From Sminthopsis crassicaudata (Eukaryota), in the NCBI RefSeq assembly GCF_048593235.1, contig NC_133618.1:434166947-434230946 (forward strand): a stretch of DNA of 64,000 bases, in the 5' to 3' direction. The notes under the pieces were generated by a model that was given only the letters and a program-made list of their open reading frames with translations, made no database searches and had not been told where the DNA came from. The position numbers and the translations under genes are program-made. Shown here piece after piece: positions 38,411 through 51,407 of this stretch. Each line of letters opens with the position of its first letter. Position 1 is the stretch's first letter.

Positions 38411-39053
38411 CTTATTTGTATCACCTGGTTGTTTTAACCCAGATCCTTCCTACCTTTCTTCTTATACTTGATTCCCCCTTCATAAGACTCTATAATCCAG
38501 TCACACTTATCTTCTTGCTGTTTCTGTCACAAGACCCAACATCTCTCCATGAATTTTCTCTGGCTCTCTCATGCAGGAAATTCCCTATCTCCTCATTTCT
38601 GCCTTCTGGTAGCTTCCTTTAGAATTAAAATCCCACATTCTACAAGAAGTCATTCCCAAGCCATTCATCTGAGATTAAATATTTTGTTTGTGTATAGTCA
38701 TTTGCATGCTGGTTCTCCCATTATAAAGTGAGCACCCTGAGGATAGGGACTACTTTTGCCCTTTTTTGTATCCCCAGGACTTTAGCACATAGTACAATAC
38801 ATAAGTGATTAATAAAGTCAGTATGTTGACTATGACATATACTTTCTTCCCTCAAAACAGAGCCTTCTACACATACATTTAAATTGTAAATTCCTTGAGA
38901 GTAGGGACTGTGTGTAACCCATTTTTATGACCACCCCCCACCACCACCAAAGAACCCAATAGAATACTTTAAATCTGGATGATACACATTTGGATCAATT
39001 TCATCAAAATGATTTCAATTTCTTACAAAATGTCTTTGAAAATATCGAAAGCA

Positions 39054-39215
39054 GGGGCAGCTAGGTGGCGCAGTGGATAGAACACCAGCCTTGAATTCAG
39101 GAGGACCTGAGTTCAAATCTGGTCTCAGACACTTAACACTTTCTAGCTGTGTGACCCTGGGCAAGTCACTTAACCCCAGCCTCAAAAAAAAAAAAAAAAA
39201 AGAAAGAAAGAAAAA
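39054..39215 (+). mobile_element. Young WSINE1-type SINE
   Basis: Near-consensus, CpG retained, long A tail, 16-bp TSD gaaaatatc[g/a]aaagca (39038-39053, 39216-39231). Confidence 0.95.
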
Positions 39216-39328
39216 GAAAATATCAAAAGCATCATAAAAATTTTCTTTGTTTTACCCTACTCATATTGTACATCTGCTAAGGACAGAGAAATCAACTCCA
39301 AAGCAACACAAGTCAGATATAATCTCAC

Positions 39329-39393
39329 CTTGGTGTTAGTGTCATAACTTCATCTTTTTGAGGTGCATCCTCAGCAAACAGAACCTGGGAATT
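39329..39393 (-). CDS. UIMC1: UIMC1 exon (exon 7 equivalent), NSQVLFAEDAPQKDEVMTLTP(S)
   Basis: catttcattgcag|AATTCC ... CCAAG|gtgaga, 65 nt. Phase 0 in and phase 2 out, as the neighbouring exons require. Weak similarity to human SSQGIVEE. Confidence 0.85.
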
Positions 39394-39759
39394 CTGCAAT
39401 GAAATGGGCAATATCTTAAATATATGTGTATGAGTCAAACTGGATTTTCTTCTTTCTGTTATCTCATTTTTTTTTCAGCCCTTTCATCAAGCAAAGAGAA
39501 AGTGAAAGTTATTTGTACTGTATAAGTCAGAAGTAAATGAATGACTTCAGAAAAGCAAATTATCTCTCTGGGTGGAGTGGTCAAAGATGGGGAAAAAAAA
39601 GTATAACTCAAAAAATAACAGTAATTTGGGGATTACTTTCAATTTGGCTTATAAATTAGATTTTTTAAAAAGCATTCTGTACTCTACAGAAATAAAACAG
39701 CACATCTATAAGAATCTAGAAATATAGCAAGTTAATATACAATCTATCATTATGGTTTT

Positions 39760-40325
39760 GATATTAATATGTATGTGAGTAGATAACATCTGGAATATCG
39801 TGTTCAGTACTGGGTACTTCATTTTAAGAGGGAAATTGACAAAATCAAAATTTGACCAAAAGAAACTTACCAAAATGATGATGAATCTGGCAGTCATTCA
39901 TGTGTACTATAACTATTTACTATAGTAACTGAATATCTCACACCCCATTATGTTTCTGGCACATCATGAAAAGGTGAAGTAAACTAGAAATGTTTGGTTT
40001 AGAGAAATATTTTTATTTTGGAGGAAGGAGAAATAATTAAAAATGATGGCTCTCTTCAAACATGTGAAAGGTTATCATATGGAAAAGAGCTTGGCTCCAT
40101 AGATCAAAACTAAGATTGAAGTTATGGAGAGCCAAATTTATTCTCAAAATAAAGAACTTCCTAAAAATCATAATTGTCTGAAAATGGAATAAGCTTCCTT
40201 ATTGTGAGTTAGTGGGCTCCCTTATCACTTAAAAGTGACCAGAAGCTAGATGATTACTTGTCTAGACTAGTACATAAATGACTCATCTTTTTTAGATGAT
40301 CCTCTGGGATCCCATGATATTTTTA
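39760..40325 (+). mobile_element. CR1/L3 LINE 3' remnant
   Basis: tggaatatcgtgttcagtactgggtacttcattttaagagggaaattgac matches the CR1 ORF2 LEYCVQFW...FK region. Confidence 0.7.
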
Positions 40326-42284
40326 AGAGGTACAGTAAAATGATGGAGAATAAAGGCAAAAATGTAATTTCATTTGCTCAAAGTAAAACTGTCTTAATAT
40401 CAATTTACTGAATGCAGATGCACAGGAAGAAGTCACAGGAACAAAACGGGAATACTACTGACAAGAAACTCTACTATACAACTCTGCTTGCTTCTTAGAG
40501 CAAGTTTTCAATTTTCCATATCAACTACCAGAATACAATTAACACAAGCCAACTCAGACCTTCAGGTAAATGATTAAATATACTCAAAAATAGGAATAAA
40601 AGTTCAACTTTTAGTCATAGAGAAAACAGTTATAACAATGACCCAGGAATGAAGTTATCAGGAAAAATGAGAGATAAAAAGATGAAAATATAAGAGCATT
40701 AAAGGCTACACTAGACTATTTGCTAAAACTCAGGAAAAACAAAATGATGTTCTATCCCAGTTCTTCAAGAAGGAAAAGAAAAAGAGATACAATACTGACA
40801 TCTAGTGTCTTTCTAACATTGCATTCTGGCAAAAAGAATACAAAAACCTAATGATATAGAAGGCTGTCAGGATACTCAACCTGTCCCTCTTTAAGAATAC
40901 ATTTTTGGATGACCAAACAACTTGGATACATACTCTTCCTGTAGGACCCACAATCTCGTTAACTTTTTCTTTCCAAAGTCATTTATTGTCTTCCAACATT
41001 TTCTATAAGCCCTTTCCTAGAAAGTCTGTCAATCAATAGCTAAACATGACTTAAAAATCCTATTTTTAAAAATTTCTGAATCTTAAAACATTTCTTTACA
41101 GCCAATTTCTCTCTCACCCTAAAAATTTTGCAAAATTTTCACACATTTTGTTTTCTTTGTTTTTGAAGACTCTCTACTTTTCAGAACTTTGCTATTCTAT
41201 CATTTCTACAATTTTCCATTTAGGAGGCCCAAGTGTGGCCTTTTCTCATCAAAGCTACATGTTCAATGGTGAGTATTTGATAGTTAAAATCCTTCCTCCC
41301 TCTGTGGAATCCTCAAATTCCAAAAAAGAAAGATCCAAAAAAAGTACAGAAAGTTATATGCATTTTACCTATTTCTTTAACGTTCTATCGCAATCCCCAA
41401 GTTAAATGAAATTCTGACTCCTTCTGTCATTTACAGAATATTAGAGTTGGAAGGGGCTTCAGAGATCAAACTAATACAAATTCCAAAATTATGCAGATAA
41501 AAAAATTGAAATATAAAAATTTACCTAAGATAATTCATCAAAGAGATAAGAGCTATTCCAATTCCAAGTCCTACGCTGTTCCTCTATAATACAGCCCATG
41601 AAAATTTTCTGTTTTTTGAGCTAGAGAACTTTTTAGGAGTCACTGGCCTTGAACACTTTTATAGCTATTCTAAGATTACTGCTCAATTCTTGACTTCAAA
41701 CTAAGTAACCTGGAACTAATCTGCTCTCCTCAGGATTCAAGCCCCTAGCATTTTTCAAGCCAGAAATGTAAATGACAACAAATTACTAAATGTTGACTAC
41801 CATGAAGTTAATTTATTCCTTTAAAGGAATATCTCTGGGTTGCACAGTAATATCAACTAAAATTTATTTTATTGTATTTAAACTTCCCTTCTGGAAGGAA
41901 AAAAAAAAATCTAGCAATGGCTAGATGACCACTTGTTGAGCATATTGTAGAGGAATCTTATTCAGATATAGATTCAGATATGGGCTTGATGACCTCTTAA
42001 ATCCCTTCTAACTAACTCTCAGGCTCTATGATTCTATAGTAACCAGAGAAATCTGGAAACAAGATTTGAAAGAACAAGATTTCTTTTCCTTTCTAGGAAT
42101 CTTTCCAGACTCCACAAAACAAGCTGGTAAAGACAATGACTCCCAAAGAAGTGACAAGTCCCAATTAATTTAAAAATGCTAGGTTTCTAGTCCCTATTAA
42201 GGAACAAAGCAGGTTAATATTAACCTATATTACTAGTTGTTCTGCAGGTAAATCACCTCCGTTCCTGACATTTCTGTTCCTTAC

Positions 42285-43421
42285 CTGATGGTGACTGGTT
42301 GTTGGTTCTTCCTCCAACAAAGGCTTTTCTTGCAAACTTTGCAATGGGCTCTTGGGGGGATTCTTACTTTTTCGGCGCCATGTGGATGCCCTTGTTTCTT
42401 TCCTTGGTTCTATGTCATCTTCTATCTCTTTTGTGACAGCTTCATTTACTCCTGTGGCTTGCCTTTCATCATGGCCCTTTTGTAGCAGGGAAGAAGAGCT
42501 AGGTAATATTGGCTCTCCAAACTCTCTCTTCTGAACAAGTTGTCTCTGAGCCAATTTCAGGCTTTTCTGATAAACTTCTAGCTGACATAGAATAACCTTA
42601 GTGTAATGGTTAGGGTCCACTCCAATAGGACAGAATGGGATGCCCCAATAATAGTGCACAGTGCCTTCAATTTCCTCTTGCAGATTCTTGACATCAATTG
42701 AATTAGGAAGGCAGAGTTGAGATGTCTTCTTTCCTTTCCCTTTTGTAGCCATGAAAGAACCACAACCCAGTCTAATGTGTTCTTTAGGCTGCTTACACTT
42801 GATATCCTCAGCCCTCTGGCTGGTTCCACTGTCAAAAAAGCTCTTATTCTCAAGAATTGGATGGTTGAGTTTATTCCCAGTTCCAGAACTGCCAGTGACT
42901 GGCTGTGCTTCCAAGTTTCCAGTGTTATTCAAACGCTTCTCTCTACCTTCAACCTCCTCTTCTTGGTTAACATCTGAGTTTGCAAACAATTTCCGAGGTA
43001 CCAACTGCCATGTTCCTATAGGAACTCGAGAAAAGGTAGGACTCAGAACAAACTTTTTTTTAACAGGAGGACTTGATAAATTATCACTAGAGTCACTTAA
43101 CACGGGTGAGCAAGATGCTTCATTGGATTTAAGTGAAAGTTGGTTCTTTTCTTGAGATAAAATTATGCTTGATAATAATGAACTTTCAACTATTTCTTGA
43201 CTTAACCTCTTCAGCATCACCAGAGGGCTTTTGGGCATTTCTGTCTGTTCAGACTGAGATCTCTGTGACAGGGATGCGACAGATAAGCGTGGAGATTCAG
43301 GGCAAGGAAACAAGCGTTCAGTAGTCTCAGAAATCACTGGTTTCTCTTGGTGGTGCTGTGCAGATATCCCAGTGAACAAAGGTACAGAGCTTGTGGCAGA
43401 AGAATCAGAAAGCTGGCAACT
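42285..43421 (-). CDS. UIMC1: UIMC1 large exon (human exons 5+6 plus the intervening 300 nt), contains Abraxas-interacting region [42 protein letters not shown]
   Basis: ttgtttcag|AGTTGC ... CATCAG|gtaagg, 1137 nt = 379 codons with no stop (ORF 42225..43430). The AIR core closely matches human [42 protein letters not shown]. Confidence 0.95.
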
Positions 43422-44366
43422 CTGAAACAAGTTACCCCACCCACCATAAAATTATTAACGTAGATGCACATTGAGGAGCAATTTTAAAAAAGGATACTGC
43501 TCCTATAAATAAGTACTTCCTCTCCAACATCTGGAAGCTCAATCTTTTTTTTTTTTAAATAACCAGTGTTAACTGACATAAATAATGGCTTAGGAATGCT
43601 GTTATTTTCAACTACAGTTCTTAGTTTTTCATCTGTGTTTACCCACTAAAATTTATATCCATGTATTAAGAATACAGATTTAGATGAATATAATTTAGAT
43701 CTCCAGAAAAACTGCCAAATTTTATTTTTAATCCATATATTTCATCCTACCTCCCTGTCTCTTCTAACAATTTTTACTCTACTTTCCCCACAGGAGAATG
43801 CTACTCTGTGTCCTCTTCTTTTTAGTCCTTTGTAATCAAATATCATTATTTTAAGAGTAAAGATGTCTAATCATTTTATAGGTTGCAAAGGACTTTCTTC
43901 ATAACAATTCTGTGAAGCATGGACTTCTTAAACCCACCTAACAAAAGAGGAAAAAGAGGCTTAGAGAAGTTAAATTACTTGCTTCGAGTCTCACAACTAA
44001 TAAGTACCAAAGTTTACACTTGAAGCCAGAACATTTAGTTCCAAGTCCATCAATTTTTCCTTTCTATGATACCACATTAAAGTAGAAAAGCATTTTTATT
44101 AATTACTGAGTGCTATTCTTCTACGACAACCTAAAAGAAAAATCTACAGAGTAAACACTTTCATACAAAAATTAACATTCAAATAAAGCTTACCCCAGTG
44201 CCTCATGAATTCTTTTTCATGGGAATTTATAAACTCCTCCTTGTTATTTTAGGTTATACTGTAAAATATTGGAAATAATATTCTTTCTAGTCAGAAGTCT
44301 GTGACTGAGGGAGTGAAGGAATGTAGCTATCCAACCCCACCAAAACTTTTAAAGAAACATAATTAC

Positions 44367-44491
44367 ATTCAGGCTCTCAGCAATGGCCTTCCTTAAGAGC
44401 TCCTCCTCTTTTTCCACCTGGTCATTCACTTGCTGTGCTTCCTGTTCACTCATTTTCAGAGCCAAAGCAAACTGTTCATCTTCTGTCATCT
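44367..44491 (-). CDS. UIMC1: UIMC1 exon (exon 4 equivalent), tandem ubiquitin-interacting motifs: [41 protein letters not shown]
   Basis: cccttctcag|AGATG ... CTGAAT|gtaatt, 125 nt. Two UIM consensus motifs with the same spacing as human RAP80. Missed by the ORF track. Confidence 0.98.
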
Positions 44492-44563
44492 CTGAGAAGG
44501 GAAAAAAAAAATCATATATTTATGTGAATAGAAAGAATGGAATCACAGATTAGTAGGAGCTAG

Positions 44564-44693
44564 NNNNNNNNNNNNNNNNNNNNNNNNNNNNNNNNNNNNN
44601 NNNNNNNNNNNNNNNNNNNNNNNNNNNNNNNNNNNNNNNNNNNNNNNNNNNNNNNNNNNNNNNNNNNNNNNNNNNNNNNNNNNNNNNNNNNNN
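44564..44693. other. Assembly gap (130 N)
   Basis: Run of n about 70 nt upstream of the UIM exon acceptor. Confidence 1.
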
Positions 44694-44772
44694 GAGGCCA
44701 AATTTGAACTCGGGTCCTCCTGATTTCAGGGCTGGTGCTCTGAATGGTTCACTGAGCCACCTAGCTGCCCCC
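44694..44772 (-). mobile_element. WSINE1-type SINE 5' half, cut by the gap
   Basis: Reverse complement of the SINE head: tttgaactcgggtcctcctga...gccacctagctgcccc. Confidence 0.9.
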
Positions 44773-44969
44773 AGGGATCATCTAATCTAATTCAACATAA
44801 ATACTACTCAGTCTAGAATTCTATTCTGGACCTTTTAATCTTCCAGACTTGGGCTTTCTCCACTATATCATGTTCTACATTTGAACAGGTTAAACTTTTT
44901 AAGCCCTCCCTAACTGCCTTACCACAATATGGACTTTACCCTGAGCTCTCAAAAACTAATGTCCCTGAG

Positions 44970-45760
44970 TTGTGAACTAATCCAACCATTCTGGAACTAT
45001 GTCCAAAGGGCTATCAAATTGTGCATATCCTCTGATCCAGCAGTGTCTCTACCGGGTCTGTAGTCCAAAATAGATCATTAAAAAAATGTGTGCCCCCCCC
45101 CAAAAAAAAAAATCAGCCTTTTTTGTAGTGGCAAGGAACTGGAAACTGAATGGCTATCCCTCAGTTGGGGAATGGCTAAATAAATTATAGTATGTGAATG
45201 TTATAGAGTATTATTGTTCTATAGAAATCAGTAGGATGTTTTCAGAAACGCCTGGAGAGACCTACATGAATTGATGCTGAATGAAGTGAGTAGAATCAGA
45301 TCATTGTACACAGCAACAAGATTATATGATGATTAACTCTTATGGACGTGGCTCTTTTCAACATTGAGCTGATTCAGGCCAATAAAGTAGTGATAGAAAG
45401 AGCCATCTCTGCATCCAGCAAGAAGGCTATAGAGACTGAAATGTGGATCACAGATCACAAAATAGCATTTTCATCTTTTCTGCTATTGTTTTGATTGCAT
45501 TTTTCCCCCTTTTGATCTGATTTTTCTTGTGCAGCAAGATAATTGTGGAAATACATATAGAAGAATTGCACATATTTAACATATATTGGATTACTTGCCA
45601 TTTAGGGAAGAAGGTAGGGGTAAATGAGGGTAAAAATTTTGTAACACAAGGTTTAGTAAAGGTGAATGTTTAAAAAAACTCTTTGCATGTATTTTGAAAA
45701 TAAAAAGCTATTATTTAAAAAAAACAAAACAAAACAAACAAACAAACAAAAAAAAAAACC
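44970..45760 (+). mobile_element. 5'-truncated L1 with (AAAC)n tail
   Basis: ORF2 C-terminus and 3' UTR homologous to the other copies in the window. Confidence 0.88.
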
Positions 45761-47759
45761 TTATGTTCCTGATCACAAGCAAAGCTGGAAACATTTCAAG
45801 TAAAATCCTGGAGATAAAGTCTCTATGTCACTGAAAGACCCTTTCTATCTAATTTTGAAAAGATTTATCACCAAAGGATTGAGCCACCAAGTTTCAGGGT
45901 TTTCAATCAAAATACTTCAAAGAAAGACATCATGATGCATAGATGCATGTATTCCTTCCCTCTAATGATGCAAATTGCAACTTAACGATGCCTTTCTGCT
46001 TTGAAATTTCATTCATCCTATATATTCACTATAGAGGAAGGAAAAAAATCAGCTAGGTGGTGCAGCAGACCTGAAAAATAGAGAGATTAGAGTTCAAATC
46101 CTGTCTTAGGCACTTATTAGTTATGTAACCTCTATATCAGTAATTTTTAGTCTTAGTAATCTTTTAGCCTCAGTTTTCTCATCTACAAAACATGGATAAA
46201 AATAAAACCTACCTCATACAGCTGTTTTGAAAGTCAAATTAGAGAACAAGTAAAACACCATGCAAATTTTAAAGCATCATATAAATGTTAGCTATGAAAT
46301 GAGTATCAAAGAAAAATTTTAGTGAAGGTTCTAGTATATACTGAATTACATGTCTGATACTATGTTGATAATTATTAAAAAAAAAAAAAACATTGTCAAA
46401 GGATGATTTTGTGTTGGATTTGTGCTCTAGCACAAGATTGGGGCAGGGAGAGGGGAGCTTTCCTCAATCTTTCTAGATTCATGGTATTCCATGAATACCA
46501 ATGAAACACTTTATCTCTTGCTCTCACTATGGATGTGATGAAATAATTTCCCCATAATTATACACTGCTTTAATATCATCCTATACAGTCACCTGTCTTA
46601 CAAAATTCCTTACTTACAGCATATTAAGACCTATAGCCTCTACAATGCCCTTTGAATGATATTCAACTTTAATAATTCAGATTATAGTATTTCATGCCTT
46701 GAAGTCATATAACATCATCACCAATACAGTGGTAAAGACTTTATTTAGGAAAAAGTTGAGTTATTAAAATAACAATAATTTCTTAAAGATATCCAACCTA
46801 CTCTCCTGAGGACCTCCTATTCTAGATCCAAATTATTGTCCAATACAATGAATGTCCAAGATAAATATATTGGATAATCTCTATAGGCTTTCCTTCCTAT
46901 TGCATAATCATAGTTACTTTTCATCCACTTGTTTTTTTCTTGTGTGGTTACCTACTCTCTTGAATGATTACATATCTCACTGAATGAATTTCATTTAGAA
47001 GGTTCTGTAATGTTCCAGGATTTCGAGAAATCAGCACAGTAATTTACAAACAAGAACACCTGGAAAAATTCATGATTCACAGAGAATATAGCTTTTATAT
47101 GAACTGAATTGGCATTCTACCACATCTACCAGAATACCAAGAACAGCTCTGGTGAGCATACATCAGGTTTTATTCCTTGTTTCATAGCACTGCTGAATGT
47201 AGTTTACTTGTATTATTCTGACACATGCATGAGACACCCTTATCAGTGAATAAACACTGAGGAAGCATTAAGCTTTACCAAAACAATAAATAAACAATCA
47301 AAATAAATCACTGAACAAAAAGTATAGCAAGATTTTGTGTTCCTTATACCATTTGGTCTATTGTTATTGAAAAGATATGATTTACTCTAAAGTATAATCT
47401 TTTCTAGTGCCCTTATGAAGGATACCCTCAATTTATGCTTCTATTTTGTGCAGTCCTGTCCAACTCTATAAGATCCCATTTTGGAATTTTCTTTGCAAAG
47501 ATACTGGAATGGTTCACCATTTCCTTCTCTAGTGCATTTCATAGAACTAAGACAGAAGATTAACTTGCCCAGAGTCATAAGATAGTAAATATCTGAGGCC
47601 ATCTGAATTCAGAAAGATGAATCTTCCTGATCCCAAGCCCAGTGCTCTATCTAGTCACCCAGATGCTCTATCAATTTGTGTGTAAAGTTACATAGAAATG
47701 TTATAAAAATGTAAAAGTACAAATGTGAGTCAGTAGTAGTGGGTATTTTATTGGCTGTT

Positions 47760-49570
47760 GGTTTTTAGCAATAAGGTTCAAAATGATTAGGTTGAGGAGG
47801 TTACCTTTAGTGCCTTCCTCCCTTCCATAAACTTTGGGAATCAATTCCCCACTTCTCACTGACTTCAAAACTTATACATTCAACATGAATCCCCTTTATG
47901 GACCTCCTTGGTATAGTACAGTTAGTTTTTCTGTCTTTGTTCTCCTCAATGCCATATATACTTCCTTCAGTAACACGACCTGGAATATATGATAGATTCT
48001 AAATGTGATGGTTCCATCATCATTCATTATGAAGATAGTTTTATATAAAAATTCTTATGGATTTTCTATTTTACATGTTTGTCATTCTTTCAATTTCATT
48101 CTTAAATTTTTTTTGAGGCAATGCTGCTCATAATTAATTGCCTACTACTCAGTGGCCTTGATTCCTTTATTTTGTCTACCAAGAAGATCACATGCTAGTG
48201 ACTGATGTAGTTTCTAGGTACTTCTGTTTTCCTCATTGTGGCAACAAACTTCCATCAGTTAAAATGTCTATATGAAATTACTATAATTGATGTTGATGTC
48301 CTTTATTTCCCACTCTTCAGGGACAATAACTTATTCATGTCATGATGGAGTTGTTTTAATTGCATGCAGCATCTTTATTTTTTCATCTAGTTTTGATCTA
48401 ACAAATCTACAAATTTGGCACCACACAAGAGTTATGAACACACACTTCTCCATTCTTTGAAGAGATAGGGAGCTATGGGTTTAGAATAGCTATCAAACAT
48501 AGCTGATCTGTTATTGGTTTTGCTAAACTGCTTTTTTCCTCTCTTTTTAAAATTCTGTTACAAAGGACATTTTGCTGCGTACTGTAGAGGGAAGGACATG
48601 TTTGGAATTAAAGATGATGTAAAAAATTGTTATCAATAAAAAGAAAAGCAATAACAACAAACAAATCAATGGTATGATGGTACATAGTCAATTAATTTAC
48701 AAATTAATCCCATATCAGTAACAAGTTTCTTCTCAGCTATCAAAACTTAATTAATTTCATTTTTGGAGGCATTATGTATTTCTTTTCATATTCAGTCTGA
48801 TAATTCTTTTATCAAAAGTGTTCATTCAGATGTGTAATCTATATATGTCATTGGCCTATTATTCCTTACTCCTAAAACAATATTTTTTACCATACTTAAC
48901 TACACCCATCTTTCATCATAGTCACCAAATATAGAAGTATATGATTTAACTTTAAGAGTTCTCCATAGAATTTCTACATCTTCTATTTTACAACTGATGA
49001 ACACAGGAGCCATCACTGCACATGGAATCATCATTCTTTTCTTATAGTGTAATTAAAAGTGAGAATGTCAAGATTCACACAATTTAATCTTTTTAGTAAA
49101 TCTACTCTTTTGCATCTAAACAAATATCATTCTAACAGCTGGTAGTTTATAGTCTTAAAAATTGTGATTCTTAGCCTTCCAACATTCTGACATTAAAGTA
49201 GAGATTTAAAAAATTTTTTATAAGATTGAGGTCTATTTATGTTTTTCTTTGTTAATGGGCTGCTATGACCAAAGATTTCATTTCCAAGTAGCCAATCTAT
49301 TAAGTGTGGGACAGTTTTAACAGGGATGATCCTCAAAAAATAAACTGCTGCAAGGATTGTGGCCAAAGTTAGTTTTGTTTTGTTTGTTTGTTAACATAGT
49401 AGCATTTGTCCAGCTTATGCACCAATGGTTTGGTTGAAGAAAACTCAAGTTCACTTCTTTACCATGATATTATACTTATTGAAATTTGAGTCACAACAAA
49501 TCATCTACAAAGGCATACACAGAATTTGATCACTATCATTGTTGGGGGGAGGGTCCTTCAAGTAATTTAT
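47760..49570. mobile_element. Very old RTE-type LINE remnants (mainly minus strand; AYAP-containing piece on plus near 49410)
   Basis: Degenerate APE endonuclease motifs: FNVRML (minus, about 49180), IFGDY (minus, about 48930), AYAP and IIVGG (plus). Confidence 0.45.
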
Positions 49571-50539
49571 CTAAAATCAATTATGTCCCTTTCTACATCT
49601 ACCTTGTAATATGGACCTTTAATAATCTTATTCTAAAAACTAAATTGCACATGACAGCTACAAATGAGAACTATTACAATTTTAAAATAAAATCATATGG
49701 TGAATTTAAACAATTAATTAAGGCAAAGGGACCTGAGGAGGAAAAACAAATTATATTACAAAATAATAAATTTATACAAGAAAGAAAGTGAATTGGCATT
49801 TTCCATAGACATCATTTCCCTACTGCCATAGTATACATGTATATACAACACATACAAGTATACACACACAAATGTATACATATCCAACCCAAATTTCTCT
49901 CCTGAACTACAATTTCTGAATCACCAACAGCCTAATGGGTAAATTTCATTAAGATATTCCATAGGAATCTCATCCGATCTTTATAAAATATAACCATATT
50001 TTTCCCCAAAACTCGTCCTGCCTCCAAATCTCATTTCAATTGAAGATACTATCATTCTTCAATATCACTCAGGTTTCTGACAACTTACTCTCCATACGCT
50101 ATCACTTGTTAAGTTTTGTCAATTCTGGCCCTACAGTTTTTTTGATATACAACTCCTTTTCACTATTCCCACAGACTGTAGCCTAATTCAAGTTCTTATC
50201 AATTCTAATTTGAATTACTTTAATAGAATCTTAATTGGTCTCCCCCTTTCTAATTTCTCCCCTCTCCAATCCATCCTCTGGACTATCAAAATCATTTTTC
50301 CTAAAATACTGATCTACTCTTGTCACCACCATTTCCAAACTAAGTTAACTATTACTCTGGTCATGATGCTCAACTCCCTCTCCCTTACTAGAACTTTGGA
50401 TTTTGCTCTTGGGATGCCAGGTTTTAATAGGCAATTCATTTTTTTTTCATCTTTAGTATTTTATTTTCTCCCCAATTACATGTAAGAGCACATCATTTGG
50501 TTTTGTTTAGTTTTGTTTTTAAGTTTTGAATTCCATATT

Positions 50540-51080
50540 ATTGTTCTGTAAGAAACGACCAATAGGATGATTTCAGAGAGGCCTGGAGAGACTTACATGA
50601 ATTGATGCTAAGTGAAATGAGCAGAAGCAGAAGATCATTATATACAGCAACAAAAAGATTATATGATGATCAATTCTGATGGATGTGGCACTCTTCAAGA
50701 ATGAGATGATTCAGACCAGTTCCAGTTGTTTAATGATAATGACAGCCCATCTACAGCCAGAGAGAGAACTGTAGGAACTGAGTTTGGTTCACAACATAGC
50801 ATTTTCACTCTTTTTGCTGACATTTGCTTGCATTTTATTTTCTATTTTTTTCTGGTTTGATTTCTGTGGCAAGATGATTGTATAAATATGTATGGATATA
50901 TGGGATTTAACATATATTTCTACCATGTTTAACATATATTGGACTACTTGCCATCTAGGGGAAAAGGTGGGGGGAAAGGAAGGAAAATTGGGACATGGGT
51001 TTTGCAAGGGCTAATGTTGAATAACTATCCAGGCAGATGTTTTGAAAAATGAAAAGCTTTAATAAAGGAAAAAAAAAACC
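50540..51080 (+). mobile_element. L1 3' UTR fragment
   Basis: tgttctgtaagaaacgacc...tacttgccatctagggg...aataaag. Confidence 0.88.
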
Positions 51081-51407
51081 TTAGGAGTTACCTACAAGTG
51101 GGGAGAAAAAAAAGTTGTGATAGGTGAGGTGGTACCTCAGAATTATTTTAATTTGCATTTCCCTAATCAAAAGTGATTTAGAACATTTCTTCATTTGACT
51201 ATAGCTTGCTTTGATTTTTCTGACCTATCTGTTCACATCCTTTGACCATTCATCAACTGGGAATGATTTGTATTCAGGCAAACTTTATCTTACATCATTT
51301 CCTGGCCACTATTTCCAAACTATGCTGTCATTTCTATCTCTCACCTCTTTACAACCATTTTCAGTTCCCCTTAAGAGTATCTTAGAATACTTAGAATTAG
51401 AATGTAA

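Noticed and set aside
40400-40760. Possible pogo/Tigger transposase remnant (NDP.. and ATLDYF motifs)
   Set aside because: Only two short motifs in different frames; cannot be supported without a profile search.
42225-42284. ORF-track extension VRNRNVRNGGDLPAEQLVI and its TTG start at 43430
   Set aside because: Read-through past the CAG|GTAAGG donor and before the acceptor; intronic.
42288-43324. Several overlapping plus- and minus-strand ORFs over the large exon
   Set aside because: Shadow frames of the real coding exon; no independent support.
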